The notes beneath the pieces are model-generated. The model made no database searches, was not told where the DNA came from, and was given only the letters and a program-made list of their open reading frames with translations. This document shows, in pieces, positions 27,040-39,923 of a DNA stretch of 64,000 nucleotides. The position numbers were made by a program, and so were the translations under genes. Positions within the stretch are counted from its first letter, which is position 1, and each line of letters starts with the position of its first letter. Source of the DNA: Stegostoma tigrinum (Eukaryota); contig NC_081355.1 in assembly GCF_030684315.1 (NCBI RefSeq), forward strand, positions 54,049,909 through 54,113,908, read 5' to 3'.

Positions 27040-27399
27040 TTTGTTTTATTTGTTCATGGGATGAGGGCATCACTGACCAGGCAGCATTTATTGCCCATCT
27101 CTAATTGCCCAGAGGGCAGTTAAGAGTCAACCACATTGCTGTGGGTCTAGAGTCACATGTAGGCCATGTGGGGTAAGGATGGCAGTTTCTTTCCCTAAAG
27201 GATATTATTGAACCAGGCGGGTTTTTCCTGACAATTGACAATGGGTTCATGGCCATCATTAGATCCTTAATTCCAGATGTTTTACTAGATTCAAATTCCA
27301 CCATCTGCCGTGGCGAGATGTGAATATAGGTCCCTAGAAAGTTATCTGGGTCTCTGGATTGATAGTCCATATATAATTCCACAAGGCCATCGCCTCCCC
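27040..27399 (-). mobile_element. tRNA-derived DeuSINE-like element
   Basis: Reverse complement of the 11252-11800 family. Confidence 0.6.
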
Positions 27400-27876
27400 G
27401 AAAAATATAAAATTACCAGAAGCCTAAATAGATTGTATTAGAAAGACCTAATTTCCTTACCTGAGAGATCAATAACTAAGGGCAAAAATTTAAAGTAACT
27501 GGCAGAAGAATTAGAGAGACTTGAGAAGAAATATTTTCACAAAGATTGCAGTGATGGTGATTCTGGAACAATTCTCATTACATTTAAAAAGGATATGCAC
27601 TTGAAGTGACATAACCTGCAGAGCTACAGATTAAGAACTTGAATGAGGCAGAATAGTTTTTTGTAAGTTTTTTTGTAGTTGCAATTATATGCAGCCTTAG
27701 TGAAACTATGCCTGGAATATTGTGCACTGTTCCAGTTACTTTAGTTGAGCATATATTTTCCTGTAGAGAAGGTTTAACAGTTAGCAGGAACATACTGCAA
27801 GGAGAAATTGAGGACACCTTGTCTGTATTGGAACAGTACAGCACAGGAACAGGCCCTTTAACCCCCCAATGAACAT

Positions 27877-27991
27877 CCTACTGCACATGGTATGCCCAGG
27901 CAGTCTCTCATCTAAGTACTAGCCAGGCCTGAATATGCTTAACTTCTGAGATCAGACAAGTTCCAATGTTTTCAGACTAGTACAGTGAAGA
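27877..27991 (-). pseudogene. 5S rRNA-derived sequence (pseudogene or SINE3-like head)
   Basis: Minus strand ...CTTGTCTGATCTCAGAAGTTAAGCATATTCAGGCCTGGCTAGTACTTAGATGAGAGACTGCCTGGGCATACCATGTGCAGTAGG aligns to vertebrate 5S rRNA with many substitutions. Confidence 0.85.
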
Positions 27992-29855
27992 ACAAAATGT
28001 GATCTCCTTGAAGCATACAAGGTTCGTACTGAGCTTAACAGGTAGATATTGGAAGAATGTATTCTCTGGTTTCAGTGCTTAGAACCCAGTGCTCACAGTA
28101 TGAGAATAAGAGTTAAGCCATTTAGGACTGAGTTGCAGATGAGTTTCATCACTAGGCGGTTATGAAACATTGAAATTCTCTATACCCTAAAGGGCTGTGG
28201 AGGCTCAGTCATTGAGTATGTTCAAGATGGAGATCATTACATTTCTGAATAGTACAGACATCAAGCGTCATGGGGATAGTGGCACGGAGGTACTTCCCAG
28301 CAATGATCCATTTGAATGGTCCAGCAGGCTAAAGGGCTGAATTGCCTACTCCTGCTGCTATTTCATACGTTCTTATGAATGGATATGATCAGTCGATAGG
28401 CTCTTCTTCTGTGCTAAACCTTCTGCTTCCTACGTTTCTAAGTATAGTGGCTACATCGTTGAACGAGTAGCTTACAGGGATTTTTGAGGTAGTGAGTCAA
28501 TTAAACAAGTGGATTTAAATTCAGTTAATTAAATAAACATGGAATTAAAAGCCTGTATCAGTAAAGACAATCTGAAACTACAAGATCATTGTCATCTACA
28601 TCATTTCTTTTAATAGAAGAAAACATGCTGTCCTAGCCCAGGCTACATATGTCTCTAGTTCAAGGGAAGTGTTGTTGGCTCTTAACCACTCAATGTTAAT
28701 TTCAAAGAAAGCCACACTGATTTATGCTGCACCCCTTTGACAAAAACATTACTTGCTTTCACCATGTAGTCGATTCTATTATTCTTTAATGTTGATTCCT
28801 ACTATTGAGCTGCAGTGATATAATCAAGCCAAAATTCTTATGTATAGCTAGGCAGAACATGAAATTTACTTCTTAAATATTTTACATTAAATTGCATTTT
28901 TGGAGATGTACATGAGGTGAAGTTAGAAGCCAAAAGGTATGAAAATCTTGTACAAAAACACAAACTACAGTTGCAAGACAGGCAACAACACTCCACAATT
29001 ATAACTTTATTTTTCCAAGGTCAATTTTGTTATCCAGCAGAGTTGCTACTCTCAAATTCAAGTTAAGATCCCTGTTGCACTTGATTGAAATAATCATTTC
29101 TAGTAAAAAGATGGGGCTGAAAAAGAGACATTATCACTGGATTTTACTTGGTGAGGTGGTGGTAGAATGGGAGGGAGGTGGTTTCACACTTCTGCCTGTG
29201 ATACAGCAATAAATGGCAGATTGCAACTTCAGGGTTTCTGCATTATTATGCACTTGAATTAAATCCTGAGATTGCAATCAGTTTCAGCATTGTAATGTCT
29301 TGCTGTTTAATTTCCCCAAAAAATCCAGTCCTCTGTGTTTTCAGATGCCATCAACAAAGGTCAGCATGTAGATGAGAATTTTCTGCTCTTTTCAGAATCA
29401 TGACATTATCTTTTACATCACCCAAGCAGGCAATGGGCCTCAGTTTGATTTTATCTAAGATTCCTTAGTAATGTAGCTTTCTTTTTATGCTGCACTGAAG
29501 TGCTAGCTATGTTATATGCTCAATTCCTAGAGCAGAACACAAACCCAAAACCTCCAGACTCAGATCCTCAAATGTTACTACTGAGTGCAGCTAACATTTG
29601 AGTCATTTTTTGTTTTGCCTATTTCTGAAATATGTAATTTTACCGCATATGAATACGTGATCATGAATTATTGTTACTTTATCACGTAATACTCAAAAGC
29701 CAATGAAGACCACAGCAAAATCAGTTGAAACAATCTCGAATTACATGATATAAATTAGTTTAAATATTTACCTTGTAGGCAGTTTACCAAATAAATATTT
29801 TAAATTAATAAATAAATATTTCTGCTGTGAAGCAATGCAAGTTTAATATTCTCAC

Positions 29856-30046
29856 CTTTAATAAGAGTGATGAACTCTTCATGTTTCAGTCTGTGGCGCT
29901 GCATGTCAATCTTCAATGTAAGCAGTAATGTGAATAGAAACTTATGTTCCTCATACAGGCCCCGGGCTGCGTACTTATGTACTTCATATGTCATATGCTC
30001 TATAATAGTTGCTATTCTCTTACTGGTAATGGGGCTCTTGATGGAT
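29856..30046 (-). CDS. DNAH5: Dynein heavy chain exon, [20 protein letters not shown]...[11 protein letters not shown]...LIK
   Basis: cag|A acceptor (phase 2), G|gtgag donor (phase 1); 191 nt; RGLYEEHK motif. Confidence 0.9.
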
Positions 30047-31887
30047 CTGCAAGGTGAGATGTGCATTCAATACAGATTCAGATTAAAAAAAAACTTCCTG
30101 CTTTGTTATCCACTCATGAGCATGTTGGAAATTCTGCGTATAAGACCAATAAAGTAGCAAGATACAAAGTTCTATATAATTTCCAGAACTCAAACAGGCA
30201 ACTGGATGGAGTTGTAATATATTTTTGCATTACAAGTGAGGGGGGAAAAAACTGCAGCAGATTGGAAAACTACAAATGTAACAGTGCTACAAAAGGAAGA
30301 AGGGAGACAAAATGCTGAAAACTATAGGACAGTGAGCCTCAAGTGTCATAGGGAAAAGGCTGACTTCCATTATTAAGGAAGAAATGGAAGAACACTTAGA
30401 AAATTATAATGCAATTAAGCAGAATCAACACAGTTTTATGAAAGGTAAATCTTATTTGGCAAATTTATCAGAGTTCTTCAGCATGTAATATGCTAGATGG
30501 ATAGAGAGGAACTATTCAATAAAGTGTGAGATTAAAAGGTTATAAAAATAAAACTCATGATGATTCAGGGAACATTAGAGTTGGGATAAAACTGTCATCT
30601 TAAAGTAAGCAAACTGTAACTAGTGGGGTATTGCAGGGATCAGTACTGTAGCCTCAACTTCTGATAATCTGGACTAATAACTTTAATGAAAGGGCCTTGA
30701 ATATTGGAGCCACATTTGCTAACCATATGCAAGGCTAGGTCGGAAAACAAGTTGCGGGGAGGACACGTGGGCAGATTCTTACGATTACCCCAGACTGCAG
30801 TGGAGTTTGGGGAGTCACCATATGAAAGGGTAAGAAGGTGAGTCTGAAGTTCCTTAAACGATGATCGGAGTTGGCATGCTGATTGCAGCATTGAATTTTA
30901 GTTCCGAAAACCACTTCCATGCAGCTGGGAAGAAAATTAGAGGGAATATTGAAGGTTGAGTGTGTGATGCTGGGACATTGATATATCCTGCTAATTAGGG
31001 ACTTAATTCCTTCAAGGCTCACAAAGATTCAGTCAATGGTGGTATTGCCAAGACCCAGGTCCCATGTGTCAGCATGGGTGGATGTAAAAGATCCTTGGTT
31101 ACTATTTTGATGAAGTGCCAAGGAGGTATTATTGGTGACCTGCCCAATTTTTGTCCCTCAATCAAGGCCATAAGAAAAAATCTGGTTATTTGTCACACTG
31201 ATCTTTGTGGGAATTTACTGTGTACATGTCTGTTTTTTTTTGTAATCACACCAGTATTGGTCTCCTTATCTAAAGTGGTATATACTTGCATCGAAGGCTG
31301 TCAGAAAAGGTTAATTAGTTTGATTTCTACGATGAGAGTTTGTCTTATTAGGAAAGAGTGAGCAGGTTTGGCAAATGGTCTTTGGAAACAAGAAGAAAGA
31401 TATTGTGATTCTTTTCAACCACATTATACTGAGCATACTTGATGGGGTAGATGTTGAAATGATATCTCCCTTCATGTAATGTTCTGAATTCCTGTGCAGA
31501 GGGAATGAAGATAAATGCCTTTATTAAAACAAGACAGAGAGGAAGTTAACTAAAATATTTTCTTGTTTGTGTGAAAACAGGACTCAGAGTAATTTCTATG
31601 TATGTTAGAATAAATTATAATCTTATTCTGCTATCTACAATTATTATTTAGATCAGGATTGCTTCTGACAGTTTCACAATTGATTATATTTTGACTAATG
31701 GGTGTACTATCAAGAGTAGTATTAATTTTTTTTTCTAAAAATAGAAGCTATTAACAAAACCATGAGTATTTTCTGCGTGTGAAATTGAACATATACACTA
31801 AAATGTTCAAAAGTCACTATTAACACATAACCTTTAATAAATGGATTTTCTTCAGTCTCACATGTAGAAGAAAATATACTAAAATAT

Positions 31888-32187
31888 AATTGCAGATGCT
31901 GGAAATCTAAAACAAAAACAAAAATTGCTGGAGAAACTTAGTAGGTCTGGCAGCATTTGTGGAGAAAAAGCAGAACTAATGTTTCAAGTCCAGTGACTTT
32001 TTCAGGACAGTACACTCTCCTCATTTTCTCTCCACAGGTGATGAGTTTCTCCAGCAATTTCCACTGTTGTGTATGACTGTTATTTTCTATAAGCAGCTGC
32101 CTCCGCGAACCACATGTCATTTTGAACCAGTCCCCCAGATGCTGCCACACTTACTGAGGTTCTCAGCAATTTCTGTTTTCATTTTAG
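31888..32187. mobile_element. Degenerate terminal-repeat fragments of a second PLE-like family in inverted arrangement
   Basis: TGCAGATGCTGGAAATCT...AAATTGCTGGAGAAACT...GGCAGCAT, then reverse-complement pieces at about 32020-32062 and 32135-32187. Confidence 0.55.
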
Positions 32188-32265
32188 AAGGAAGTATACC
32201 CTGATACAAAATAAAATTCAATACACTACAATCAAAAGAAATATGTTCATGTATTCTGTCACTAC

Positions 32266-32380
32266 CTGGCTAATGACAAGTCAAAAAGACCCAGGAACTG
32301 GCGTAGAGAGGTTTGGTACATAACATTCACCATGCTCATCTCAGTAATCAAAAAATATAGGATGCTTCCTCTGGTTGCCA
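32266..32380 (-). CDS. DNAH5: Dynein heavy chain exon, (V)[37 protein letters not shown](R) (absent from ORF track)
   Basis: Manual translation; tag|TG acceptor (phase 1), AG|gtagt donor (phase 2); 115 nt; phases match both neighbouring exons. Confidence 0.9.
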
Positions 32381-33049
32381 CTATGAAGAGAATAATAAAA
32401 TGAAGACAATTTATAAATGGTAGGCAAATATCCATGGCCTAACCAGTGCTGTCTTTGGTAACTACACAAGTTAGTTCTAGGCTACTACTGTATAAATGAA
32501 TGACTTTACGCAAGAAATCACTCCAAATACCTCGTAATGTATAGTGTTCAAAACTGGAAGCAATAGGAGGACTTTTCCTAATAATCCTTGCCAAGCAACA
32601 GGACAAACTGTTGATTGGGAGCCCAAATGGTGCAGGATTTGGCTTTGTTTCAGCATTAGTACCATGTCTCTGGGTACCTCGAACAATCAGAGTAGACGGA
32701 CAGACGAACATGTTGGATCTGTCAAAGGTTCTCTAATTAAAAGGGATCAAGACATGCATTACAAGACGCAGTGGAGAGGCTGCAGTAACCACTGGAAAGG
32801 AAAAGAGACCTTGGAAGGCCATTCTTACGAGTAGTGTCCTCCCCACCTTCAAATCTGCTTTTTCATCATCACTTCTCTCACCAGAAAAATGATTCCTGAT
32901 CTCTCAGTTTCTGTAATTACCCATTTCCAACCTCTCCTTTCCTTTCAAAGTTGTTGAACACACTGTCACTTTCAGATTCTCTACATATCCATATCTGAAC
33001 CCCTCCAACTTGGCTCGTATTTAAATGTCTGCTGTCCAAAATTACAGAG

Positions 33050-34240
33050 TTACAAAGTCATAGAGTCGTACAGCATGGAAACAGGCACTTCTGTCCAACT
33101 GGTACATGCAAACTAAGTTTCCTTAACTGAAGTAGTCCCATTTGCTTGTGTTTGGCCCATATCCCTTTCCTCTGCATGAACCTGTCCAAATGTCTTTTAA
33201 ATGTTGCAACTGTATCCATCTCTGCCACTTCCTCTGGCAGCTAGTTCCACATACACACCATTATCTGTATGAAAAAGTTGGCCCTCAGGCCCCTTCTAAA
33301 CCTTTCTCCTCTCACCCTAAACCTATGCCATCTGGTTTTGAACCCCTCTACCCTGGGAAAAAGACCTTGGCTATTCACCCTTTCTATGGGCCTCATTATT
33401 TTATAAACCTCTGTAAGGGCAGCCATTAGCCTCCTACACTCCAGGAAAAAAGTCCCAGCCATCCAGCCTATTCTTATAACTCAAACCATCCAGTCTCGGT
33501 AACATCTTGTAAATCTTACTTGCACCCTTTCCAGTTTAATAACATCCCTCCTATAACAGGGAGATCAGAACTGTATTCAGTACTCCAACAGTGGTCTCAC
33601 CAATGTCTTGTACAGGTATAATGTGACAAACCAACTCCAGTATTCCATGCTCTCTGACCAATGAAGGCAAGTGAGCCAAATGCTTCTTCAGCACCTTTTT
33701 ACCTGTGACACCACTCTCAAGGAACAATGTATTTGAACTCTTAGATCTCTCTGTTTGAAAACACTCCCCAGGGCCCTACCATTAACTGTGCAAGTCCTGC
33801 CCTGATTTGTATTACTAAAATGCAACCTCTCGCATTTACCTAAATTCAACCATATTTGTCACTGCTCAGCCCACTGGCCGACTTAATTGAGATCTCATTG
33901 TATACTTAGATAACCCTTTTCACTGTCCGCTGTTCCAAAAATTTTGGTATCATCCGCAAACTTACTAATCATGCCTCCCATATTTGCATCGAGATCATTT
34001 ATATAAATAACAAGTAACAGTGGACTCAGCACCAATTCTTGAGCACGCCACTGGTCACAGGCTTCCAGTCTGAATAACAATCCTCTATCACTAGCCTCTG
34101 TCTCCTACTGTCAAACCAATTTTTATCCAATTAGCTAGCTGTCCCTGTATGTGATCTAATCTTCCTAAGCAGTCTACCATGCAGAACTTTGTCGAAGGCC
34201 TTGCTAAAGTCCATGTAGACAATCTCTACTGCTCTGCCTT
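33050..34240 (-). mobile_element. CR1 LINE 3' fragment
   Basis: IYINDLD...SKFADDTK (ORF 33895-34080) and a CR1 C-terminus (ORF 33241-33462). Confidence 0.85.
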
Positions 34241-35710
34241 CAAACTATTTGTAACTATGACAAAGGTAGTTATCCCTTCTCAACTTATTTATACTGCTTG
34301 ACACAGTTAGCCATACCATTTTCCTTTATTACCTCTGCATTACCTAGTTACATTCCATTATCCATTGAAATGGAGCCAAAAGAATCCCATGCTTTTCTTC
34401 CCACTCTCACACTAATAACTCTGGTACTCCCCAATCATTCATTCTTGATATTAAATCAGAGTGACTCTTGGTATATCAGTTGTAGAATCAAAACTCAGCA
34501 ATTCCCCTAGCAACGGTCATCCCCCATCAGGGAATGTTCATTCACAATTTTCACTAATATTGGAATTATTTATTTCTAATCTCATAGAAATGCTGACTCC
34601 CTCACACCCCTTTTGGCAATGATCATGGTCTTCCTTCACCCGTGGATAATCCTCTACTCTCCTCCTTGCAGACAGTGCTGACCCCTCTACAACCCCCTTT
34701 CCTCACTCAGCTTCCAGAAACTAGGACCCCAATGCAGACTATGTCAGAAGAGTCAGTATTGACACCAAATGCATGGGGCAGGTGTTGGGGGCTGACGTTG
34801 AGCATTTTTGCGAGTTGAGGGTAAGGTCAACATTTTCAGGGCTCTGAACATTGGTGGGGTGAAGGGACAGTGAACATCACAAAGCTTGACGAAAATGTGA
34901 GTATTGTTGGGGGGGAGTCTGTTGTTGGGATCAGGGAGACAGGTATCATGCTTGGTTAAATAAGGTTTGCAATGTTGGGACTGACAACTCAATTTAAAAC
35001 AATGTAAGTCAATGAACTGAAGACAGACCTTAAGAGGGCTGAGTTCAGTTCATGATTAGAAAAAGGAGTTTCCATTCGCTACTCTGGCCTCCATATTGGA
35101 GCCGACATGGCAATGGAAATATTCTGTGCAAAATGGCAAATGCAGATGAAATCACTGCCAGCATCAAGGGCTCCTCCTCCAATGCTGACCAGAAGGTACG
35201 AGCCATTGTCTTTGCGTGCCCCACAATCGTTGGTTCCTGGAAAGCATTTCCATCATTGACAAACATGAACAAGACCATTCGTAATTTTAATTTTTAATTG
35301 GTGTCATGTTTGACCCCAAGTTGGGTTTCCACACATCTATCTTTACTATTGTCAAGACAGCATATTTCCATTTTCACAAGATCTCTAATTATGCCTCTGT
35401 TGCTGAAATTCGCCAACCATTTCACAAATTAATTGCAGGGATATGAGTTCACCAGCCAGTTTAACTCTTGTTGCCCATCATTAATTCATTTCATTCACTT
35501 GTGGGAAGTTATCCTTGAGAAGGTGGCAGTGAACTGCTGCAGTCCATGTGTTGAAGGTACACAAACAATGCTGTTAGGGAGGAAATTCCAGAAGCCTGAC
35601 TCAATGACACTGAGGAACAGCCATATATTTTCAAGTCAGGATGGTGAGTGGCTTGAAGATGGTGGTGTTCCCATATATCTACTGCCCTCGTCCTTCTAAA
35701 TGGTAGTGGT

Positions 35711-36050
35711 CGTGGCACAGTGGCTAGCATTGCTGCCTCACAGCACCAAGGCCTGGGTTCAATTCTACCCTCGGGCAACTGTCTGTTCAGTTTGCACGTT
35801 TTCCCCATGTCTGTGTGGGTTTTTGCCAGACACTCCGGTTTCCTCTCACAGTCCAAAGATGTACAAGTCAGGTGGAGTAGCAATACTGTTGATAGTGCTC
35901 AGGGACATGCAGGTTAGGTCTACTAGCAATGGGAAATGCAGGGATATGGGAAAGGGTAGGGGGATGGGTCAGGGTGGGATGATCTTCAGAGGGGTGGTGT
36001 GAACTTGTTGGGCAAATGGCCTGTTTCCATACTGTATGGATTCTATGATT
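35711..36050 (+). mobile_element. HE1-like V-SINE nested in an L2-like fragment
   Basis: Same family; interrupts an L2-like 3' region (about 35430-36270). Confidence 0.78.
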
Positions 36051-36843
36051 ATGTGTCTAGGAGGTACTATCTAAGCAGTCTTGGTGAATTTCTGCAATTC
36101 ATCTTGTAGACGGTCCACATTGCTGCCACTGAGCATCAGTAGTGGAGGGAGTGAATGTTTGCGAATGTGGTACCAAGCAAGCAGGCTGCTTTTTCCTGGA
36201 CAGTGTCAAACTTCTTGAGTGTTGTTGGAACTGCACTCATCCAGGCAAGCATGAAGTATTCCATCATACTTTCACTTTTATGCAAGTATAAATGGTAAAA
36301 ATGGGTTATTGTCACTGATAAAAATTTGTGCAACTATATAGAAGAGGCTGAGGCCAAGGTTACAAAGATGAATGAAAATCTTTTTTGTGACATTTCAGGT
36401 ATCAGAGTTAGATAGTTCAATATGACAAACTTCTGGACTTTAAGCCTGAAGTGCCAGCCAGTGAGGTTAATGGATTTGAAACTTCTGCATAAACATTTAT
36501 GGTATCTGTGGAAAAGGCAAGTAAGAAAAGCCTTTGGAGTCAATGGAAGAGGTGGGCAGCAGGGCAGAATGTTACTGGTTTGCATTTGAGGTACTTTAGA
36601 ATCCCAAAACACCAAATACCGGCTTTACAAACAATGTTGTAAAATCTTTAGCACATACTGAAAACTCCAGTAGGAACCCAGTTTTGAATACAGATAATCT
36701 GAGAACTTTGGTTAAGATTCTAAGAAAGCAAACATAAAGAAATTAAGAGATAATGGGAACTGCAGATGCTGGAGATTCCAAGATAATAAAATGTGAGGCT
36801 GGATGAACACAGCAGGCCAAGCAGCATCTCAGGAGCACAAAAG

Positions 36844-36873
36844 CTGACGTTTCGGGCCTAGACCCTTCATCAG
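36844..36873 (-). ncRNA. Minimal hammerhead ribozyme-like motif (mirror copy, sense to the DNAH5 pre-mRNA)
   Basis: Exact reverse complement of 39894-39923. Confidence 0.65.
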
Positions 36874-38135
36874 AGAGGGGGATGGGGGGAGGGAACTGGA
36901 ATAAATAGGGAGAGAGGGGGAGGCGGACCGAAGATGGAGAGTAAAGAAGATAGGTGGAGAGAGTGTAGGTGGGGAGGTAGGGAGGGGATAGGTCAGTCCA
37001 GGGAAGACGGACAGGTCAAGGAGGTGGGATGAGGTTAGTAGGTAGCGGGGGGTGCGGCTTGGGGTGGGAGGAAGGGATGGGTGAGAGGAAGAACCGGTTA
37101 GGGAGGCAGAGACCGGTTGGACTGGTTTTGGGATGCAGTGGGTGGGGGGGAAGAGCTGGGCTGGTTGTGTGGTGCAGTGGGGGGAGGGGACGAACTGGGC
37201 TGGTTGAGGGATGCAGTAGGGGAAGGGGAGATTTTGAAACTGGTGAAGTCCACATTGATACCATATGGCTGCAGGGTTCCCAGGCGGAATATGAGTTGCT
37301 GTTCCTGCAACCTTCGGGTGGCATCATTGTGGCAGAGCAGGAGGCCCATGATGGACATGTCATCAAGAGAATGGGAGGGGGAGTGGAAATGGTTTGCGAC
37401 TGGGAGGTGCAGTTGTTTTTTGCGAACTGAGCGGAGGTGTTCTGCAAAGCGGTCCCCAAGCCTCCGCTTGGTTTCCCCAATGTAGAGGAAGCCGCACCGG
37501 GTACAGTGGATGCAGTATACCACATTGGTAGATGTGCAGGTGAACCTCTGCTTGATGTGGAATGTCATCTTGGGGCCTGGGATGGGGGTGAGGGAGGAGG
37601 TGTGGGGACAAGTGTAGCATTTCCTGCGGTTGCAGGGGAAGGTGCCGGGTGTGGTGGGGTTGGAGGGCAGTGTGGAGCGAACAAGGGAGTCGCGGAGAGA
37701 GTGGTCTCTCCGGAAAGCAGACAGGGGAGGGGATGGAAAAATGTCTTGGGTGGTGGGGTCGGATTGTAAATGGCGGAAGTGTCGGAGGATAATGCGTTGT
37801 ATCCGGAGGTTGGTAGGGTGGTGTGTGAGAACGAGGGGGATCCTCTTGGGGCGGTTGTGGCGGGGGCGGGGTGTGAGGGATGTGTCGCGGGAAATGCGGG
37901 AGACGCGGTCAAGGGCGTTCTCGATCACCGTGGGGGGAAAGTTGCGGTCCTTAAAGAACTTGGACATCTGGGATGTGCGGGAGTGGAATGTCTTGTCGTG
38001 GGAGCAGATGCGGCGGAGGCGGAGGAATTGGGAATAGGGGATGGAATTTTTGCAGGAGGGTGGGTGGGAGGAGGTGTATTCTAGGTAGCTGTGGGAGTCG
38101 GTGGGCTTGAAGTGGACATCAGTTACAAGCTGGTT

Positions 38136-39669
38136 CCTCCAGGACTTCCAATTCCCTGGCCCCCAACACCTCATATTCACCATGGACGTCCAGTCCCTGT
38201 ACACCTGCATTCCGCATGGAGATGGCCTCAAGGCCCTCCGCTTCTTCCTGTCCCGCAGGCCCGACCAGTCCCCCTCCACCGACACTCTCATCCGCCTAGC
38301 TGAACTCGTCCTCACACTCAACAACTTCTCTTTTGACTCCTCCCACTTCCTACAGACTAAGGGGGTGGCCATGGGCACCCGCATGGGCCCCAGCTATGCC
38401 TGCCTCTTTGTAGGTTACGTGGAACAGTCCCTCTTCCGCACCTACACAGGCCCCAAACCCCACCTCTTCCTCCGGTACATTGATGACTGTATCGGCGCCG
38501 CCTCTTGCTCCCCAGAGGAGCTCGAACAGTTCATCCACTTCACCAACACCTTCCACCCCAACCTTCAGTTCACCTGGGCCATCTCCAGCACATCCCTCAC
38601 CTTCCTGGACCTCTCAGTCTCCATCTCAGGCAACCAGCTTGTAACTGATGTCCACTTCAAGCCCACCGACTCCCACAGCTACCTAGAATACACCTCCTCC
38701 CACCCACCCTCCTGCAAAAATTCCATCCCCTATTCCCAATTCCTCCGCCTCCGCCGCATCTGCTCCCACGACAAGACATTCCACTCCCGCACATCCCAGA
38801 TGTCCAAGTTCTTTAAGGACCGCAACTTTCCCCCCACGGTGATCGAGAACGCCCTTGACCGCGTCTCCCGCATTTCCCGCGACACATCCCTCACACCCCG
38901 CCCCCGCCACAACCGCCCCAAGAGGATCCCCCTCGTTCTCACACACCACCCTACCAACCTCCGGATACAACGCATTATCCTCCGACACTTCCGCCATTTA
39001 CAATCCGACCCCACCACCCAAGACATTTTTCCATCCCCTCCCCTGTCTGCTTTCCGGAGAGACCACTCTCTCCGCGACTCCCTTGTTCGCTCCACACTGC
39101 CCTCCAACCCCACCACACCCGGCACCTTCCCCTGCAACCGCAGGAAATGCTACACTTGTCCCCACACCTCCTCCCTCACCCCCATCCCAGGCCCCAAGAT
39201 GACATTCCACATCAAGCAGAGGTTCACCTGCACATCTACCAATGTGGTATACTGCATCCACTGTACCCGGTGCGGCTTCCTCTACATTGGGGAAACCAAG
39301 CGGAGGCTTGGGGACCGCTTTGCAGAACACCTCCGCTCAGTTCGCAAAAAACAACTGCACCTCCCAGTCGCAAACCATTTCCACTCCCCCTCCCATTCTC
39401 TTGATGACATGTCCATCATGGGCCTCCTGCACTGCCACAATGATGCCACCCGAAGGTTGCAGGAACAGCAACTCATATTCCGCCTGGGAACCCTGCAGCC
39501 ATATGGTATCAATGTGGACTTCACCAGTTTCAAAATCTCCCCTTCCCCTACTGCATCCCTCAACCAGCCCAGTTCGTCCCCTCCCCCCACTGCACCACAC
39601 AACCAGCCCAGCTCTTCCCCCCCACCCACTGCATCCCAAAACCAGTCCAACCGGTCTCTGCCTCCCTAA
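38136..39669 (+). CDS. 5'-truncated but uninterrupted PLE ORF: RT + Cys linker + GIY-YIG endonuclease
   Basis: TMDVQSLYT, GVAMGTRMGPSYA and RYIDD RT motifs; CNRRKCYTC linker; NVVYCIHC..C...YIGETKR...RFAEH...VANHF endonuclease. No native start: the first 11-12 aa of ORF 38101 come from the opposite arm. Confidence 0.85.
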
Positions 39670-39893
39670 CCGGTTCTTCCTCTCACCCATCCCTTCCTCC
39701 CACCCCAAGCCGCACCCCCCGCTACCTACTAACCTCATCCCACCTCCTTGACCTGTCCGTCTTCCCTGGACTGACCTATCCCCTCCCTACCTCCCCACCT
39801 ACACTCTCTCCACCTATCTTCTTTACTCTCCATCTTCGGTCCGCCTCCCCCTCTCTCCCTATTTATTCCAGTTCCCTCCCCCCATTCCCCTCT

Positions 39894-39923
39894 CTGATGA
39901 AGGGTCTAGGCCCGAAACGTCAG
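39894..39923 (+). ncRNA. Minimal hammerhead ribozyme-like motif in PLE terminal repeat
   Basis: CTGATGA-A-GGGT(CTAG)GCCC-GAAAC-GTC-AG: core boxes, stem II, palindromic ACGT and a GUC triplet; stem I is weak. Confidence 0.65.

Noticed and set aside
37016-39751. Many overlapping 100-430 aa ORFs on both strands, including the 428-aa ORF 37098-38384
   Set aside because: They are alternative-frame or antisense shadows of the C-rich PLE ORF, mirrored by the palindrome; the N-termini of the two long ORFs are junction chimeras, not new genes.
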